Positions 61,253-64,000 of a stretch of DNA of 64,000 bases are shown piece by piece. The stretch comes from Candidatus Rokuibacteriota bacterium (lineage in GTDB: Bacteria; Methylomirabilota; Methylomirabilia; Rokubacteriales; CSP1-6). Below the pieces are notes generated by a model that ran no database searches, was not told where the DNA came from, and saw nothing but the letters and a program-made list of their open reading frames with translations. The first letter of the stretch is position 1; every line of letters begins with the position of its first letter. The translations under genes were made by a program, and so were the position numbers. The stretch covers positions 1,041 through 65,040 of the forward strand of contig QHSV01000236.1 in assembly GCA_003221655.1 (NCBI GenBank). Reading direction: 5' to 3'.

Positions 61253-61897
61253 TCACTCGTCGCGGGCGAATCTGACGCCGTAGTCGGAGTAACGAAGGTG
61301 CGGCGGCAGAGACGAGCGATGGGCGACCGGGCTCCACGGGTCTGCGTGACGCCACGCGCCGCCGCGACTCACGCGCCGCGTGCCGGTTACCGGGCCGCGC
61401 GGATTCCGGTCAGGCGAGCGGCGGTAATAGTCCTCGGCGAACCAGTCGCCGCACCATTCATGGCAGACGCCGGAGAGATCGGTGAGCCCCAGCGTGTTGC
61501 CCGGCGTCTCGCCGACGCGGGGCGGACGGTCGAACGTGACGCCAGGCTTCGCGTCGTCGCCCCACGGGTAGCGCCGACCGTCGAGGCCGCCGCGCGCGGC
61601 CTTTTCCCACTCGGCCTCCGTCGGCAGCCGCGCGCCCGACCACTCGGCGAACGCGCCGGCGTCGGTCCACGAGAGACCGACGACGGGCTGGCGCGGGTCG
61701 GCGAACGCCGGATTGGACCAGAACGGCGGCGATGAGGCGCCGGTGGCCGCCATGTACGCGGCGAAGTCTCCGTTCGTCGCGGGTGTGCGCGCGATGAGGA
61801 AAGTGTCGACCCAGACGACATGGGCCGGGCCCTCGGACGGGTGACCGTGAGCCCAGCCCATGCTGAACGGCCCCGCTGGAACGCGCGCGAAGTCCAC
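61253..61897 (-). CDS. FGE-sulfatase domain protein (formylglycine-generating-enzyme / EgtB C-terminal-domain family), stand-alone 214 aa.
   Basis: GTG start. Motifs FSMGW, RTPATNGDF, GLTDLSGVCHEWCGDWF and RGGAW are characteristic of the FGE-sulfatase fold. Confidence 0.7.
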   Translation of the reverse strand: MDFARVPAGPFSMGWAHGHPSEGPAHVVWVDTFLIARTPATNGDFAAYMAATGASSPPFWSNPAFADPRQPVVGLSWTDAGAFAEWSGARLPTEAEWEKAARGGLDGRRYPWGDDAKPGVTFDRPPRVGETPGNTLGLTDLSGVCHEWCGDWFAEDYYRRSPDRNPRGPVTGTRRVSRGGAWRHADPWSPVAHRSSLPPHLRYSDYGVRFARDE

Positions 61898-61957
61898 GCC
61901 TTATAATAGGGACCTTCCGGGAAGTAGTGCCAGGCGAGCCTATAAAAGGAGACGCCC

Positions 61958-63130
61958 ATGAACGTCGCCCCGCGGATGGCCCGGCTCGGAACCGAGTCCG
62001 CGTTCGAGGTGCTGGCCCGCGCGCGGCAGCTCGAGCGCGCCGGCCGCGAAATCATTCACCTGGAAATCGGCGAGCCGGACTTCGACACGCCGGCGCATAT
62101 CAAGGAGGCCGCAAAGCAGGCGCTCGACGCGGGGGCGACGCACTACGGCCCGTCGGCGGGGCTGCCGGAGCTTCGCGAGGCGATCGCCAAGCACGTCGCC
62201 GAGACGCGTGGCGTTCCGGTCTCGCCCGAGGAAGTTGTCGTCACGCCGGGCGCCAAGCCGATCATGTTCTTCACGATCATGGCCCTGATCGGCGATGGCG
62301 ATGAGGTGATCCACCCGAATCCTGGATTTCCGATCTACGAGTCCGTCATCAATTTCGTCGGCGGCGTCCCGGTGCCGATTCCGCTTCGCGAGGACAGCGG
62401 CTTTGGATTCGATCTCGAGCTGTTCGAGCGCCGCGTCTCGTCGAAGACGAAGCTGATCGTCATCAACTCACCGGAGAATCCCACCGGCGGCGTGCTCGAC
62501 CGTGACCAGCTCGAACGCATCGCGGCGATCGCCGTCACGCGGAAGATCCCGGTGCTGACCGACGAGATCTACCGGCAGTTCCTCTACGAGGGTGACTTCG
62601 CCTCGATCATGGGCCTGCCGGGGATGCGAGACCAGACCATCCTGCTCGACGGCTTCTCGAAGTCGTATGCGATGACCGGCTGGCGCCTCGGCTACGGCGT
62701 GATGCCGCCGCCCCTCGCCGAGCACGTGGCGCGGCTCATGGTGAACTCGAACTCCTGCACGGCCTCGTTCGTGCAGCTCGCCGGCATCGCGGCGCTCCAG
62801 GGCGATCAGACGCCGGTCGCCCGCATGGTGGCCGAGTTCAAGCGCCGGCGCGACCTGCTCGTGGACGGCCTCAACCAGCTGCCCGGCGTTCGATGCGCCC
62901 GACCGCGCGGCGCCTTTTACGTGTTCCCGAACATCACGGGGACCCGCCGGCCGTCGGCCGAGGTCGCCGAGCGGCTCCTGACCGAGGCCGGCGTGGCGGC
63001 GCTGTCGGGCGCGGCGTTCGGCGCTCACGGTGAGGGATATCTCCGGTTCTCGTACGCGAACTCGGAGGCCAATTTGCGCCTGGCGCTCGAGCGCATGCGG
63101 CCGGTGTTCGAGGGCTTCGCGAGGACATGA
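61958..63130 (+). CDS. Pyridoxal-phosphate-dependent aminotransferase, class I/II (aspartate/aromatic aminotransferase-like).
   Basis: 390 aa. AAGGAG RBS. Motifs SPENPTGG, SKSYAMTGWRLGY (PLP-lysine region). Confidence 0.85.
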   Translation: MNVAPRMARLGTESAFEVLARARQLERAGREIIHLEIGEPDFDTPAHIKEAAKQALDAGATHYGPSAGLPELREAIAKHVAETRGVPVSPEEVVVTPGAKPIMFFTIMALIGDGDEVIHPNPGFPIYESVINFVGGVPVPIPLREDSGFGFDLELFERRVSSKTKLIVINSPENPTGGVLDRDQLERIAAIAVTRKIPVLTDEIYRQFLYEGDFASIMGLPGMRDQTILLDGFSKSYAMTGWRLGYGVMPPPLAEHVARLMVNSNSCTASFVQLAGIAALQGDQTPVARMVAEFKRRRDLLVDGLNQLPGVRCARPRGAFYVFPNITGTRRPSAEVAERLLTEAGVAALSGAAFGAHGEGYLRFSYANSEANLRLALERMRPVFEGFART

Positions 63131-63152
63131 CGGCGGCCGAGCCCCGGTCGGC

Positions 63153-64000
63153 GTGAGCCGGAGTACCGTCGCCGACGTCGTCGTCGACGGCTTGAAGCGG
63201 GCCGGCACGCCGCGGCTCTTCGGCGTGGCGGGTCTTGAAACGAACCTCCCGCTGCTCGAGGCGGCGCGCGAGGGCGAGCTGCCGCTGACGCTCGCGTCCG
63301 GGGAGACCGCCGCGTGCATCATGGCCGCGGTCACCGGCGATCTCGTCGAGGCGCCGGGCGCGGTGGTCGTGGGATCCGGCCGCGGCGTCGCGGCGGCCCT
63401 CGCCGGCATCGCCCAGGCGCGCGTGGACCGCGCGCCGATGATCGTCTTGACCGACGACCACCACGGGGACATCGGCGCCTGCAAGGCGAGCCTCAGCGTA
63501 GCGGCAGAGTCGGCGGCGCAATGGATCGCGCACGCGACGCGGCTGGCCGCCACCGAGCCACGGGGTCCGGTGCATCTCGAAATCCGACCCGAGGTCGCAC
63601 GTCAGCCGGCACTGCTCGTCGCGACGTCGTGCCGGCCGGATCCGCTGCCCGCGCCCGATCCCGGCGCGCTCGACGCGGCGGCCCGACTGCTCGCCGTCGC
63701 GTCTCGCCCGCTGCTCGTCGCAGGACTACATTGCCGCTCGACCAGCGTCCAGCCGTGGGTCCGTGCGCTCGCGGAGGCGCTGCCCGCGCCCGTGCTGGTG
63801 ACGCGCAGGGCCAAGGGCGCGCTGCCGGACCCGCACCCGCTGATGCTGGGCACTCTCGGCGGTGACGGCGCCGACGAGCAGTTGCTGAAGCGTGCGGATC
63901 TCATCGTCGAGCTCGGGCTCGACGCGCTCGAGCTCGTTCAGGCACCCTGGTGGTCGACGGTCACCGTGCTCAGCGTCGGGCCGCCGGAGGCGCTGGGCGA
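63153..64000 (+). CDS. Thiamine-pyrophosphate-dependent enzyme (acetolactate-synthase-like N-terminal and central domains), 3'-truncated at the window end.
   Basis: GTG start. TVADVVVDGLKRAGTPRLFGVAG matches a TPP_enzyme_N N-terminus. The reading frame is open to the window edge. Confidence 0.7.
   Translation, partial: MSRSTVADVVVDGLKRAGTPRLFGVAGLETNLPLLEAAREGELPLTLASGETAACIMAAVTGDLVEAPGAVVVGSGRGVAAALAGIAQARVDRAPMIVLTDDHHGDIGACKASLSVAAESAAQWIAHATRLAATEPRGPVHLEIRPEVARQPALLVATSCRPDPLPAPDPGALDAAARLLAVASRPLLVAGLHCRSTSVQPWVRALAEALPAPVLVTRRAKGALPDPHPLMLGTLGGDGADEQLLKRADLIVELGLDALELVQAPWWSTVTVLSVGPPEALG

Noticed and set aside
61898-61957. An AT-rich stretch with TTATAAT and TATAAAA boxes between the FGE-domain gene and the aminotransferase, as divergent promoters.
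   Set aside because: This is likely promoter DNA, but no convincing -35 partners were found. It is left as an observation only.

Overview
This is a high-GC (about 68-70%) bacterial chromosomal window, densely packed with genes; many are linked by 4-nt start/stop overlaps (GTGA/ATGA) and use GTG/TTG starts. No rRNA, tRNA, CRISPR or recognisable transposase genes are present. The content is mostly acyl-CoA metabolism and solute uptake. (1) Bases 1-6566 carry an operon with a split acyl-CoA mutase (large subunit 5'-truncated at the window edge, then ilvE, a HIT protein, the small B12-binding subunit, an acyl-CoA dehydrogenase) and a NitT/TauT-type ABC ATPase plus permease, followed by a degraded second permease. 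(2) A minus-strand peptide/nickel-type ABC operon lies at 6929-10319 (substrate-binding protein and two permeases, no ATPases). (3) Two tandem paralogous uncharacterised membrane proteins sit downstream of an NMT1/SsuA-like binding-protein gene (10420-14098, minus strand). (4) Three consecutive LivFGHM-type ABC uptake clusters span 14243-34585; two of them each embed a fatty-acid-CoA-ligase-like gene. (5) Further on are a lipoprotein truncated haemoglobin, more acyl-CoA ligase, dehydrogenase and hydratase genes, transaldolase, an M28 peptidase, YbaK, uvrA, pyk, a ~1688-aa multi-GAF hybrid histidine kinase, an aminotransferase and a 3'-truncated TPP enzyme. Hunt highlights: two candidate selenoprotein genes, each with an in-frame TGA at the first Cys of a thioredoxin-fold CxxC motif, followed by a stable hairpin (the Grx-DinB one at canonical bacterial SECIS spacing). 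One is a membrane-anchored peroxiredoxin-like protein (U-P-F-C); the other is a glutaredoxin-like domain fused to a DinB/YfiT-like domain (U-S-S-C), translationally coupled to a SAM methyltransferase and close to an FGE-sulfatase-domain gene. Also notable: a dispersed ~60-70 bp intergenic repeat family (at least five copies); a tandem pair of unknown membrane proteins; the duplicated ligase-containing Liv clusters; a frameshifted cyclophilin-like gene at a G homopolymer; and an internally deleted permease pseudogene flanked by the repeats. Lineage is only guessed (an uncultivated soil/sediment Deltaproteobacteria- or Rokubacteria-like organism). Nothing here was verified by database search.
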